Notes under the pieces: model-generated
What the model saw: only the letters and a program-made list of their open reading frames with translations
What the model was told of the DNA's origin: nothing
The model's database searches: none
Virus record (IMG/VR): IMGVR_UViG_3300035195_000305
Coordinates: 1-59,588 of that record
DNA from: a virus
Lineage: Duplodnaviria > Caudoviricetes
Reading direction: 5' to 3' (one strand)
Length of the DNA stretch: 59,588 bases
Made by a program: the position numbers and the translations under genes
Shown: positions 17,289 through 27,784 of the stretch, piece by piece
Layout of the letters: every line of letters begins with the position of its first letter
Numbering within the stretch: the first letter of the stretch is position 1

Positions 17289-19512
17289 ATTATATAAAGA
17301 ACTAAAAGGAGTTATCCCTAAATCTGTTTTGTCTAATAAAAACAGAGGCAGGTCTTGGTTGTATGGTTATAATGAAAAATATGACATAGTTGTTATATCT
17401 AAGGACGGTCAAATAGGTAGTGTTATAGAAATAAATGGATTAAAAATAGGCATACCTAAGGCTCCTGAAAAAGTCTTTAAAAGATCAGAAGAAAAAAAAG
17501 ATCAATACTGGCAACCCGCACCTTTAGCTAAAGAGTTAAGCAGAATAAAATCTATATTTCAGTGGCATGAAACTCCTGATAACTTTAAATCTCAATGGGT
17601 AGACTATATAGAAAAAGAATTTGACAGAAGAGAGCAGGGTTTTTGGTTTATGAATAATGGGACTCCTACTTACATAACAGGTACTCATTATATGTATTTG
17701 CAGTGGACAAAAATTGATGTAGGGAATCCTGACTTTAGAGAGGCTAATAGGATTTTTTATATATTTTGGGAAGCCTGCAAAGCTGATAAGAGAAGTTTTG
17801 GTATGTGCTATTTAAAAATAAGGCGTTCAGGATTTTCATTTATGAGTTCATGTGAGGGTGTTAATCAAGCTACTATTACTAAGGACTCAAGAATAGGAAT
17901 ACTATCTAAAAGTGGATCTGATGCTAAAAAAATGTTTACCGACAAAGTAGTTCCTATATCTAATAATTACCCTTTCTTTTTTAAACCCATACAGGATGGT
18001 ATGGATAAACCTAAAACAGAATTAGCATATAGAGTTCCTGCTTCTAAAATTACAAAAAAGAACATGTATCATTTGGCTGACGATGAACTCGAAGGATTAG
18101 ATACTACTATTGACTGGAAAAACACTGGAGACAATAGTTATGATGGTGAAAAATTACAATTATTACTTCATGATGAGAGTGGCAAATGGGAAAAGCCTGA
18201 TAATATTTTAAACAACTGGAGGGTAACTAAAACTTGCTTGAGGTTAGGTAGTAAAGTTATTGGTAAATGCATGATGGGGTCTACTTCTAATGCGTTAGAT
18301 AAAGGTGGTAGAAATTTTAAAGATCTTTATGAAGATTCTTTCCCCTCTAAAAGAAATGCAAATGGTCAAACAAAAAGCGGATTGTATTGTTTATTTGTTC
18401 CTATGGAATGGAATTTTGAAGGATATATTGATAAGTATGGAATGCCTGTATTTAAAACGCCTGTTAAGCCTATTATAGGTATAGATGGTGAAGATATTAA
18501 TATAGGTGCAATAGATTATTGGGAAAATGAAGTGGCTTCTTTAACTCAAGATCCCGATGCTTTAAATGAGTTTTATAGACAATTTCCCAGAACAGAATCT
18601 CATGCGTTTAGAGATGAAAGCAAACAATCTTTATTTAATTTAACAAAAATATATCAACAAGTAGATTATAATGATTCTTTAATTATAGAGCATCATACAA
18701 CACAGGGATCTTTTCAGTGGAAAAATGGAATTAAAGATACTGAAGTAATATGGTCTCCTAATAAAAACGGAAGATTTTTAGTAACATGGACTCCAGGTAA
18801 AGGATTGATGAATAAGGTTATAACAACCAGAGGTATAAAAAAACCAGGGAATGAGCATTTAGGTTCTTTTGGTTGTGATTCTTATGATATATCTGGTGTG
18901 GTTGTGGGTAAAGGATCTAATGGAGCACTACATGGGCTTACAAAATTTAATATGGATAGTGCACCAAGTAATGAGTTTTTTTTAGAATATATAGCTCGGC
19001 CACAAACTGCTGAAATATTTTTTGAAGAAGTATTGATGGCTTGTGTATTTTACGGAATGCCTATACTTTGTGAAAATAATAAACCTCGTTTATTGTATCA
19101 CTTTAAAAACAGAGGGTATAGAGGATATTGTTTAAATCGTCCTGACAAAACATATAATAAATTATCTAAAACAGAAAAAGAATTAGGAGGAATACCTAAC
19201 ACTTCTGAAGACGTAAAACAATCTCATGCTTCAGCAATAGAATCATATATTGAAAAACATGTAGGTATTGATTTATTAGGGGATTACAGGGATCAAGATG
19301 ATATGGGAAGGATGTATTTTCAAAGAACTTTAGAAGACTGGGCTAAGTTTGATATTAGTAATAGAACTAAGTTTGATGCAGCTATTAGTTCAGGATTAGC
19401 TATTATGGCCAACCAAAAACACTTATACACCCCATCTAAAGAAAAATCAAAAATAAGTATTAACTTTGCAAGATATAATAATAAGAATACACTAAGTAAA
19501 ATAATTACATGA
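17224..19512 (+). CDS. terL: Terminase large subunit
   Basis: LKIRRSGFS Walker A, LLLHDESG Walker B, GSTSN, C-terminal nuclease FGCDSYD; start uncertain. Confidence 0.92.
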   Translation: MVILPKRKLIFLKDLQSQDQNKLYKELKGVIPKSVLSNKNRGRSWLYGYNEKYDIVVISKDGQIGSVIEINGLKIGIPKAPEKVFKRSEEKKDQYWQPAPLAKELSRIKSIFQWHETPDNFKSQWVDYIEKEFDRREQGFWFMNNGTPTYITGTHYMYLQWTKIDVGNPDFREANRIFYIFWEACKADKRSFGMCYLKIRRSGFSFMSSCEGVNQATITKDSRIGILSKSGSDAKKMFTDKVVPISNNYPFFFKPIQDGMDKPKTELAYRVPASKITKKNMYHLADDELEGLDTTIDWKNTGDNSYDGEKLQLLLHDESGKWEKPDNILNNWRVTKTCLRLGSKVIGKCMMGSTSNALDKGGRNFKDLYEDSFPSKRNANGQTKSGLYCLFVPMEWNFEGYIDKYGMPVFKTPVKPIIGIDGEDINIGAIDYWENEVASLTQDPDALNEFYRQFPRTESHAFRDESKQSLFNLTKIYQQVDYNDSLIIEHHTTQGSFQWKNGIKDTEVIWSPNKNGRFLVTWTPGKGLMNKVITTRGIKKPGNEHLGSFGCDSYDISGVVVGKGSNGALHGLTKFNMDSAPSNEFFLEYIARPQTAEIFFEEVLMACVFYGMPILCENNKPRLLYHFKNRGYRGYCLNRPDKTYNKLSKTEKELGGIPNTSEDVKQSHASAIESYIEKHVGIDLLGDYRDQDDMGRMYFQRTLEDWAKFDISNRTKFDAAISSGLAIMANQKHLYTPSKEKSKISINFARYNNKNTLSKIIT

Positions 19513-21944
19513 AAGCAGTCACTATAAATATACAATCAGCTGCCTTCCCAGATCAATTTGTGTCCGATGCAGATAAAAAGAAAAAAACTTTTGGATTACA
19601 GGTAGGTCAAGCAATACAATATGAGTGGTTTAGAAAGGATGGCATGAATTGTAGATTCTACAATCAGTGGGCAGATTTTAACCGATTAAGGCTGTATGCA
19701 AGAGGAGAGCAATCAGTTGCAAAATATAAAAACGAATTAGCGGTAGACGGAGATTTATCTTACCTTAACTTAGACTGGTCCCCCATTCCTATTATACCTA
19801 AGTTTGTTGATATAGTAGTAAACGGAATGGCTGATAGATTATTTAAAGTGAACTGTCAGGCTCAAGACGCTATGTCTGCAGAAAAGAGAAGTGAATTTCA
19901 AAAAATGATTGAGGTAAATGTAGCTGCTCAAGATTTATTTCATCAAGTTGAAAAAGATTTCCAAATGAATGTTTTTCAAGTAGATCCTAAAACACTTCCT
20001 CAAAGCGATTCTGAAATGGAGTTGTATATGCAGTTAAATTATAAGCCAGGGATAGAGATAGCTAATGAAATAGCTATTAATACAATGCTTGAAGAAAATC
20101 ACTATATTGATATTAGAAAAAGAGTAGATTATGATTTAACAACTATAGGCATAGGTATTAGTAAGCACATGTTTCAAAAAGGAGATGGTATTCGTGTAGA
20201 GTATGTAGACCCTGCAAATGTAGTTTATAGTTATACTGAAGATCCTTACTTTAAAGATTGTTTTTACTGGGGTGAACTTAAAACTGTTCCTATTTCAGAA
20301 GTGTTAAAAATTAATCCAGATTTAACAACAGAAGATTTAGAAGAGATATCTAAATATAGTCAAGCGTGGTATGACTATTATAATACTGCCGCTATTTATG
20401 AGAACAGCATGTTTGCAAGAGACACCTGTACGTTGTTATTTTTTAATTACAAAACAACTAATAGTTTTGTTTATAAGAAAAAACAAACTGCAGAAGGAAC
20501 TTTTAAAACAGTAGAGAAAGATGATCAATTTAACCCTCCTGAAGAAATGATGGAAGAAGGTAATTTTGAAAGAGTAGAAAAAAGAATTGATGTATGGTAT
20601 GACGGGGTCATGGTAATGGGAAGTAATATGTTGCTTAAGTGGGAAATGATGGAGAATATGGTTCGCCCTAATTCTGCTAATCAACACGCTATGTCTAATT
20701 ATGTAGCATGTGCTCCAAGAATGTATAAAGGAATTTTAGATTCTTTAGTTAAAAGAATGATTCCTTTTGCAGATTTAATTCAAATAAGTCATTTAAAATT
20801 ACAACAAGTTGTTTCTAAAGTAGTTCCTGATGGTGTTTTTATTGATGCTGACGGTTTAAGTGAAGTAGATTTAGGAACAGGTAATGCTTATGATCCTTCA
20901 GATGCTTTACGATTATATTTTCAAACAGGTAGTGTGGTAGGGAGAAGTTATACTCAAGATGGAGAATATAATAATGCAAAAGTTCCAATTACTCAATTAA
21001 CATCTAATAGTGGTAGCAGTAAGATGCAAATGCTTATAGGTAATTATAACCACTATTTAGGAATGATAAGACAAGTAACGGGATTAAATGAAGCCAGAGA
21101 TGCCTCTACTCCTGACCCTAACTCTTTAGTAGGTGTTCAGAAATTAGCAGCGTTAAATTCTAATGTAGCTACCAGGCATATTCTTAATTCAAGTTTATAT
21201 ATAACCAGAACTTTAGCCGAAGCTCTTTCAATAAGGACTGCAGATGTGTTAGAATACGCTGATTTTAAAGATGAGTTTGCTATGCAAATTGGTAAATATA
21301 ATTTAGGAATTATAGAGGAAATTAGAAATTTATATTTATATGACTTTGGTGTGTTTATTGAAATGAGTCCTGATGAAGAAGAAAAAGCTCAGTTAGAATC
21401 TAACATTCAAGTGGCATTAAAAATGGGAGGAATTGACTTAGAGGATGCTATTGATATTAGAACTATTAATAATTTAAAAATGGCTAATCAATTATTAAAA
21501 GTTAAACGTAAACAAAGTGCTGCTGAAAAGAAAGAATCAGAAATGCAAAAGCAGGCTATGCAGGGACAGCAACAACAAGCTCTTCAGAAACAAGCGGCTC
21601 AGGCTAAAATGCAACAAAGTCAACAAGAGATGCAGGCGAAAATTCAAATTAAAAAAGCGGAAATTGCTTTTGAAATTGAAAAGCAAACTAACGAGGCTGA
21701 TTTAAAAAGAAGACTAATGGATGTTGAATTTAACTACAACATGCAATTACGAGGCCTGGAGCAACAACAAGTAGACGTTCGGGAAGAAAAGAAAGAAGAA
21801 GGTAAGTCTCAAAGAATAGCTGAGGGTAACACTCAACAATCTAAAATGATTGAGCAAAGAAAAAACAATTTACCAGCTATGAATTTTGAGTCTAATGAAG
21901 ATAGTTTAGATGGGTTTGATTTAGCAGAATTTAATCCCCGATAG
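19509..21944 (+). CDS. Portal protein
   Basis: 811 aa directly after TerL; IIPKFVDIVVNG; Gln-rich coiled-coil C-terminus. Confidence 0.88.
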   Translation: MKAVTINIQSAAFPDQFVSDADKKKKTFGLQVGQAIQYEWFRKDGMNCRFYNQWADFNRLRLYARGEQSVAKYKNELAVDGDLSYLNLDWSPIPIIPKFVDIVVNGMADRLFKVNCQAQDAMSAEKRSEFQKMIEVNVAAQDLFHQVEKDFQMNVFQVDPKTLPQSDSEMELYMQLNYKPGIEIANEIAINTMLEENHYIDIRKRVDYDLTTIGIGISKHMFQKGDGIRVEYVDPANVVYSYTEDPYFKDCFYWGELKTVPISEVLKINPDLTTEDLEEISKYSQAWYDYYNTAAIYENSMFARDTCTLLFFNYKTTNSFVYKKKQTAEGTFKTVEKDDQFNPPEEMMEEGNFERVEKRIDVWYDGVMVMGSNMLLKWEMMENMVRPNSANQHAMSNYVACAPRMYKGILDSLVKRMIPFADLIQISHLKLQQVVSKVVPDGVFIDADGLSEVDLGTGNAYDPSDALRLYFQTGSVVGRSYTQDGEYNNAKVPITQLTSNSGSSKMQMLIGNYNHYLGMIRQVTGLNEARDASTPDPNSLVGVQKLAALNSNVATRHILNSSLYITRTLAEALSIRTADVLEYADFKDEFAMQIGKYNLGIIEEIRNLYLYDFGVFIEMSPDEEEKAQLESNIQVALKMGGIDLEDAIDIRTINNLKMANQLLKVKRKQSAAEKKESEMQKQAMQGQQQQALQKQAAQAKMQQSQQEMQAKIQIKKAEIAFEIEKQTNEADLKRRLMDVEFNYNMQLRGLEQQQVDVREEKKEEGKSQRIAEGNTQQSKMIEQRKNNLPAMNFESNEDSLDGFDLAEFNPR

Positions 21945-21971
21945 TGCTTGAAAAAATAATTAAATAAATAT

Positions 21972-21979
21972 TAACTTTG
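21972..21979 (+). promoter_or_regulatory. -7 box TAACTTTG with CTTG 21 nt upstream
   Basis: TAnnTTTG before scaffold/capsid genes. Confidence 0.7.
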
Positions 21980-22004
21980 CATAAATTAAATTAAATCAAA
22001 TAAA

Positions 22005-23150
22005 ATGGAAGAAAATAAAAATGAAACAATGGAACAGCCAAAGTTCATTGTTAAAGAAGTAACAGGTATTGAACAAAAATCAACTCAAGAAATAGAAAAA
22101 GAATTGCTTGAGAGGCATGAGGAAAAGTTTTCAGATAAAAAAGAGGAAACTGTAATTCCAGCTGCTGAAGAAAAAATAGAGGATTCATCACCTGAAAAAC
22201 CTAATTCTGACGGGTTAAATGATGAAAGTATTATTTCTTATATAAAAGAAAGATATGATAAAGATATATCTTCAGTAGACGAGTTGTTTTCTACAACAAA
22301 AACTAATGAAGAATTACCTGAAGATGTTTCGGCATACTTTAAGTATAAAAAAGAAACTGGACGTGGAATTAATGATTTTGTAAAATTACAACAAAATTAT
22401 GATGACATGGACAGCGATAAGGTGTTGTCTCAATATTATTCTCAAACTGAAGAAGGTTTAGATAGTGAGGATATTAAAGATTTAATGTTAGATAAGTTTG
22501 GTTATGATAAAGATTTAGATGAACCAAGTGATATTAAAAAAATTGAGAGAGCAAAAAAGAAAGAACTTGTAAAAGCTAAAAAGTTTTTTAATGAACAAAA
22601 AGATAAATACAACACTCCTCTTGAGTCAAGCGGGAGTGGATTATCTGACGAGGACAGAGAAAAATTTAACAGCTATAAAAGTTATATAGAAGAATCTACC
22701 AATGCTCAAGATGCACAAAAGAAAAGGTACGATTATTTTTTAGATAAGACCAATCAGGTCTTTAACGATGAATTCAAAGGTTTTGAGTTCTCTGTCGGAG
22801 AAAATAATTTTACGTTTAAACCTGGGGATGCTAATGAACTAAAGAGTAAGCAATCAGACGTTAACACGTTCGTAAACAAATTTATGGACAAGGAGACGGG
22901 TTTGATGAATGATGCTCAAGGATATCATAGAGCAATGTCAGTAGCTATGAATATTGATAAGTTTGCTGAATTTTTCTACAATCAAGGGGTGACTCAGACT
23001 GTAGATAGTGTAAGTAAAAAGTCTAAAAATATTAATATGGATATGCGTAAAACGCCTGTTTCATTAAATAAAAATGGATTACAAATCAAAGCTGTAGGTG
23101 ATACAAGTAGTGGTAGAGGACTCAAAATTAAAAGTATTAAAAAATTATAA
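22005..23150 (+). CDS. Capsid scaffolding protein (putative)
   Basis: Acidic helical 381-aa protein between portal and capsid. Confidence 0.7.
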   Translation: MEENKNETMEQPKFIVKEVTGIEQKSTQEIEKELLERHEEKFSDKKEETVIPAAEEKIEDSSPEKPNSDGLNDESIISYIKERYDKDISSVDELFSTTKTNEELPEDVSAYFKYKKETGRGINDFVKLQQNYDDMDSDKVLSQYYSQTEEGLDSEDIKDLMLDKFGYDKDLDEPSDIKKIERAKKKELVKAKKFFNEQKDKYNTPLESSGSGLSDEDREKFNSYKSYIEESTNAQDAQKKRYDYFLDKTNQVFNDEFKGFEFSVGENNFTFKPGDANELKSKQSDVNTFVNKFMDKETGLMNDAQGYHRAMSVAMNIDKFAEFFYNQGVTQTVDSVSKKSKNINMDMRKTPVSLNKNGLQIKAVGDTSSGRGLKIKSIKKL

Positions 23151-23167
23151 ACTAAAAAATTAAAACA

Positions 23168-24586
23168 ATGCCAGTAAATGCAACACCAGGGTTTGATCTT
23201 CAGCCAAGTGCGGAGAGAGTAGCCCTACCAAGTAATTACATTACCAACTTTGATTTCTTAAATCAGTATCTTCCAGATACATACGAGAAAGAATTTGAAA
23301 GATATGGTAATAGAACAGTAGCTTCATTCTTAAGAATGGTAGGTGCTGAAATGCCTTCCAACTCAGATATGATCAAGTGGGCTGAGCAAGGAAGACTACA
23401 CACTAAATACACTAACGTAACATTAGCAGTAACAGGTGCTACTGTAGGTGTGTTAACTGTAGCAGATGTATTGAATCCAGTAGGATCTAACATTGCAGTA
23501 AGAATAGGTCAAACTATTTTTATATCTGATAACACTCCAGGATCTGTATTACAAAATAAAGCAGTTGTAACAGGCGTAACAGCTACTACAATTACTGTAG
23601 CATTCTACGAAGCTTTATCTGTAGTACCAGCAACTCCAACAACACTAACTGTAATGATTTACGGTTCGGAATTTGCTAAAGGAACTCCAGGAATGGTTGA
23701 TTCATTAGAAGCAAACGATGTGTTCTTTGACAACAAACCAATTATCATTAAAGATACTTACGAAGTAAGTGGTTCTGAAATGGCACAAATTGGATGGGTT
23801 GAAATTTCTACTGAAAATGGTGGATCTGGATACTTATGGTACATGAAGTCTGAGCACGAAACAAGATTAAGATTTGAGGACTACCTTGAAACTGCAATGA
23901 TTGAAGCTGTTCCAGCTGCAACAGGTTCTGGTGCAGAGGCTGCTCTTTCTACTGCAGCTCCTGCAGCTGGTGTGATCAACGCTGGTTCTGAAGGTGTATT
24001 CTTTGTAGTAGGAAACAGAGGAAATGTATGGGGTGGTGGTAACCCAACTACATTAGCTGGTTTCGATACAGTTATTCAAAGACTTGACAGACAAGGAGCT
24101 ATTGAAGAAAATGTTATTTTCTGTAACAGACAATTCTCATTTGATATTGACGATATGTTAGCTGCTCAAAACTCTTACGGAGCGGGTGGTACTTCATACG
24201 GATTATTTGATAATGACGAAGACATGGCTTTAAACTTAGGTTTCACAGGATTCCGTAGAGGATATGACTTCTACAAGTCTGACTGGAAATACTTAAACGA
24301 TGCTACAATGAGAGGTGATATTGTAGGTGGAAACATTAACGGACTTTTAGTTCCTGCTGGTTCTACTTCTGTATATGACCAAGTATTAGGAAAAAACGCT
24401 AAGCGTCCATTCTTACATGTTCGTTATAGAGCTTCTGAAACTGAAGACAGACGTTACAAAACTTGGATTACTGGTTCTGCTGGTGGTGCAAGAACATCTT
24501 CTTTAGATGCTATGCAAGTTAACTTCTTAAGTGAAAGAGCTTGTTGTACTTTAGGGGCAAACAACTTCTTCTTATTTCAAGACTAA
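23168..24586 (+). CDS. Major capsid protein
   Basis: 472 aa; position; strong codon bias; followed by terminator. Confidence 0.88.
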   Translation: MPVNATPGFDLQPSAERVALPSNYITNFDFLNQYLPDTYEKEFERYGNRTVASFLRMVGAEMPSNSDMIKWAEQGRLHTKYTNVTLAVTGATVGVLTVADVLNPVGSNIAVRIGQTIFISDNTPGSVLQNKAVVTGVTATTITVAFYEALSVVPATPTTLTVMIYGSEFAKGTPGMVDSLEANDVFFDNKPIIIKDTYEVSGSEMAQIGWVEISTENGGSGYLWYMKSEHETRLRFEDYLETAMIEAVPAATGSGAEAALSTAAPAAGVINAGSEGVFFVVGNRGNVWGGGNPTTLAGFDTVIQRLDRQGAIEENVIFCNRQFSFDIDDMLAAQNSYGAGGTSYGLFDNDEDMALNLGFTGFRRGYDFYKSDWKYLNDATMRGDIVGGNINGLLVPAGSTSVYDQVLGKNAKRPFLHVRYRASETEDRRYKTWITGSAGGARTSSLDAMQVNFLSERACCTLGANNFFLFQD

Positions 24587-24599
24587 GTAACACTAATTT

Positions 24600-24629
24600 A
24601 GGGGGGGATTAATTTCCTCCCCTTTTTTT
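24600..24629 (+). terminator. Intrinsic terminator
   Basis: AGGGGGGGA-ttaatt-TCCTCCCCT plus T-run. Confidence 0.8.
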
Positions 24630-24651
24630 AACTTTAATTAAATTATATAAA

Positions 24652-25395
24652 ATGAAAACAAAAAAAACACTGGTAGCTAAGAGCTATAAACTAAAAAACA
24701 ACAGAACTCCTTTGGCATATATGCTTTCTTCTCATCACTCTAAAAGAACTAATCTTTTACATTTTGACGAAGATACAGGAGTTAATAGACCACTTCGTTA
24801 TGCAAGAAACCAAAAATCTCCTTTTGAGGATGAGCAAGATGGTAATGCAATAATGGAGCCTATTGTATTTGAGGATGGACTTCTTCATGTTCAAAAAACA
24901 AACCAAGTACTTCAACACTTTCTTTCTTTACATCCTGGTAATGGAAATTTATTTGAAGAAATAAATGACGCAAAAGATGCTGCTGAAGAAATGGAAATGG
25001 AAAACATAATTTTAGACGCTCAACTTTTAGCTCGTGATTTATCTATAGAAAAAATGGCTACTATAGGTAGGGTTCTTATGGGGTCTCAGGTAGATAGCAT
25101 GAGTACAGCTGAATTAAAAAGAGATATATTAGTTTTTTCAAGAAACTATCCTATTGAATTTTTAGATGTTTTAAACGATCCAACTTTACAAGTTCAAGAT
25201 GATGTAGTTATTTTCTTTCAAAAAGGTGTGCTTACTTTAAGAAATAAACAAAGAGACGTGTACTTTAATTTACCTCAAAATAAAAAGAAACTATTAACTG
25301 TTCCTTTTGGGGAAGATCATTATGATATAGTTGCTTCTTACATGCAAAGAGATGAAGGTATAGAGACTTATAAGCTTTTAAAGAAAAGTTTATAA
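24652..25395 (+). CDS. Conserved phage protein downstream of capsid
   Basis: 247-aa ORF; LRYARNQKSPFEDEQ. Confidence 0.8.
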   Translation: MKTKKTLVAKSYKLKNNRTPLAYMLSSHHSKRTNLLHFDEDTGVNRPLRYARNQKSPFEDEQDGNAIMEPIVFEDGLLHVQKTNQVLQHFLSLHPGNGNLFEEINDAKDAAEEMEMENIILDAQLLARDLSIEKMATIGRVLMGSQVDSMSTAELKRDILVFSRNYPIEFLDVLNDPTLQVQDDVVIFFQKGVLTLRNKQRDVYFNLPQNKKKLLTVPFGEDHYDIVASYMQRDEGIETYKLLKKSL

Positions 25396-25418
25396 AAGAA
25401 TATAAGAACAATAAAAGA

Positions 25419-25445
25419 GACACCCTAAAAAGGGTGTTTTTTTTT
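25419..25445 (+). terminator. Intrinsic terminator
   Basis: GACACCCT-aaaa-AGGGTGTT plus T-run. Confidence 0.8.
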
Positions 25446-25448
25446 ATG

Positions 25449-25456
25449 TATATTTG
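25449..25456 (+). promoter_or_regulatory. -7 box TATATTTG
   Basis: TAnnTTTG directly after terminator. Confidence 0.65.
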
Positions 25457-25489
25457 CACTTTATTAACCCATTAAAAACTTTTTATAAA

Positions 25490-25768
25490 ATGGTAAAATT
25501 TCTTAAAATTACGAATGCTCCTATCACTGGTCAGTTGATCAGCCTTGATGGAGTTAAAGCACTTGCTACAGCAACTGCTACAGCAACAACAGTTACAATC
25601 GACTATGTTGATGGTACAACTACTACGGTAACAACTGCGGCACAAGTTGCTCATGATGTTTACACAGCTATCTTAGACGCACAGGAAACAGCTTTAGCTA
25701 CTTCTTGGCAAAAATCTTATTTTGAGATAACTCTACCGAAAGCTGTAACGAGTATTGTAAATGCTTAA
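25490..25768 (+). CDS. Small Thr/Ala-rich structural protein (own transcription unit)
   Basis: ATG at 25490 preferred over TTG at 25454; flanked by promoter and terminator. Confidence 0.7.
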   Translation: MVKFLKITNAPITGQLISLDGVKALATATATATTVTIDYVDGTTTTVTTAAQVAHDVYTAILDAQETALATSWQKSYFEITLPKAVTSIVNA

Positions 25769-25795
25769 TTAGCTTAAGTATATTGGTAAGTAAAG

Positions 25796-25830
25796 AGAGG
25801 TCTACAAAAAAAGTAGACCTCTTTTTTTTT
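25796..25830 (+). terminator. Intrinsic terminator
   Basis: AGAGGTCTAC-A7-GTAGACCTCT perfect 10-bp stem plus T-run. Confidence 0.88.
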
Positions 25831-25832
25831 AC

Positions 25833-25840
25833 TATCTTTG
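25833..25840 (+). promoter_or_regulatory. -7 box TATCTTTG
   Basis: TAnnTTTG after terminator, before tail genes. Confidence 0.7.
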
Positions 25841-25858
25841 TGAAAACATTTAAAGTTT

Positions 25859-26845
25859 ATGGCAGCATCAATAAATGAGGTACGAAATACGGTATTAGCA
25901 ATAGCTAATAAAAATAACTACGGATACATATCTCCTCAAGATTTTAATCTTTATGCTAAACAAGCACAAATGGATATGTTTGAAGATTATTTCTATCAAT
26001 ATAATAATTGGATAACTAAAGAAAATCAAAGAGTTTCGGGCACAGGATATGCTAATATCGTAAAAGGCATAGTAGAAGTTATAGATAGTTTTTCTGCTTC
26101 AGTATTTTTAGGTCAAACGAACGCTAACACTTTTGCATTACCAAACGATTATTATTTAATAAATAAATTATTTTATTATTCTAAGCCTTTGTTTACGGGT
26201 ACAAACACATCTGTAACAGTAGGACAGCTTGATGATGCTGCTGCAGTAGGGTGGACGACTATACCTGTATCAGCTCCAACACCTCCTATTGGGAGTTTAG
26301 TGGTTAACACTACAACTTTAACACAAGCTTTTGTTACTGGAGTTGTAAATGCAAATGCTTTATCTTTAAGTGCTGATATATTTTTAGCAGTAGGAGATAG
26401 TTATGTTATATATTCAAATACAGATATTAAAGAAGTAGAAAGAGTAAACCAAAATAAAATATTTTTACTAACAAGTTCTATGCTAACAGCTCCAACAAAA
26501 ACTTATCCTGCTTATGTATTAGGTGGAGCAAGTTCTAATACCGCTATTGGAACTTTAGGAAATACAGTTACAATTTATCCTACAACTATACTTAATGCGG
26601 GAGATATACAAGCTCAATACATTAGATACCCGGCTGATCCTCAATGGACCTGGCAATTTTTAACAGGAGGCGAGCCTCAGTTTAATCCAGGTGCTGCAGA
26701 TTTTCAAGAGTTTGAATTACCAGATTCTGATGAGCCAAGTTTAGTTGCTAAAATTTGTCAATACATAGGTGTTGAAATTAGAGAAGATATGGTGTATAAA
26801 TTTGGACAAGATGAAGAAACTTTAGATAACCAAGAAACAGCTTAA
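25859..26845 (+). CDS. Head-tail adaptor / tail ring protein (putative)
   Basis: 328 aa; position; ...YIRYPADP...ELP... pattern. Confidence 0.6.
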   Translation: MAASINEVRNTVLAIANKNNYGYISPQDFNLYAKQAQMDMFEDYFYQYNNWITKENQRVSGTGYANIVKGIVEVIDSFSASVFLGQTNANTFALPNDYYLINKLFYYSKPLFTGTNTSVTVGQLDDAAAVGWTTIPVSAPTPPIGSLVVNTTTLTQAFVTGVVNANALSLSADIFLAVGDSYVIYSNTDIKEVERVNQNKIFLLTSSMLTAPTKTYPAYVLGGASSNTAIGTLGNTVTIYPTTILNAGDIQAQYIRYPADPQWTWQFLTGGEPQFNPGAADFQEFELPDSDEPSLVAKICQYIGVEIREDMVYKFGQDEETLDNQETA

Positions 26846-26847
26846 TT

Positions 26848-27783
26848 ATGGCATATATTACAGATTATCAATATTACGAAAACAATATAGTACCTCCAGG
26901 TTCGAGTCCTGAATCTGAAGCAAATTGGGGGTCGTACCAATATATTACTTTAGAAAATATAGTTAATAATTTTATGTTAATGTATCAAGGTAATCATGAA
27001 ATTATTAACAACATAAATAGATATCAAGTTTTATTTCACGCAAAAAGAGGAATTCAAGAATTGAATTATGATGCGATGAAAGAAATAAAAATATTAGAAT
27101 TAGAGGTTTGTGAAGAATTAAGATTTGTTCTCCCTCCCGATTATGTAAATTGGGTAAGAGTTTCTTTAATGGAAGGGGGAATGCTTTTCCCTATGACTGA
27201 AAATATTCAGACTAATTGGAGTGGAGCTTATTTGCAGGATAATGACTGTCGTATTTTATTTGATATAGACGGAAATGTATTGAAGCCAGCTGATTCTTTC
27301 TTTGATATAAAAAGATTAAATGGAACTCAAAAAAACATGTATATGGGTACAGGTCCTTATCATGGTTCATTGGGTTATAATATAGATGGAACTTGGTATT
27401 TTGACTATGCAGTTGGCGGTAGATTTGGAATGAATACAGAAACTGCAAATGTAAATCCTACTTTTAGTATAAATAAAAAAGCAGGTGTAATTAATTTTAA
27501 TTCAGGAATGATGGGTAAATTTGTAGTTTTAGAATACGTATCAGATGGATTAGAAAAAGGAGATGATTCTTTGGTTAGTGTTAATAAATTATTTGAAGAG
27601 TTTATATATGCGTATATAAGGTACTCTATCGTAAACAGTAAGTTTGGAGTTCAAGAATATATAGTTAATAGAGCAAGAAAAGATAAATCTTCTTTATTAA
27701 GAAACGCTAAACTAAGATTAAGTAATATACACCCTGGAAGGCTTTTGCAAAACTTAAGAGGTCAGAATAAATGGATAAAATAG
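26848..27783 (+). CDS. Tail structural (ring) protein
   Basis: 311 aa; LPPDYVNWVRVS...LEYVSDG. Confidence 0.65.
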   Translation: MAYITDYQYYENNIVPPGSSPESEANWGSYQYITLENIVNNFMLMYQGNHEIINNINRYQVLFHAKRGIQELNYDAMKEIKILELEVCEELRFVLPPDYVNWVRVSLMEGGMLFPMTENIQTNWSGAYLQDNDCRILFDIDGNVLKPADSFFDIKRLNGTQKNMYMGTGPYHGSLGYNIDGTWYFDYAVGGRFGMNTETANVNPTFSINKKAGVINFNSGMMGKFVVLEYVSDGLEKGDDSLVSVNKLFEEFIYAYIRYSIVNSKFGVQEYIVNRARKDKSSLLRNAKLRLSNIHPGRLLQNLRGQNKWIK

Positions 27784-27784
27784 A

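Noticed and set aside
22613-22638. Imperfect hairpin CACTCCT-CTTG-agt-CAAG-c-GGGAGTG inside the scaffold gene
   Set aside because: Single occurrence, compatible with coding for TPLESSGS; no support without comparative data
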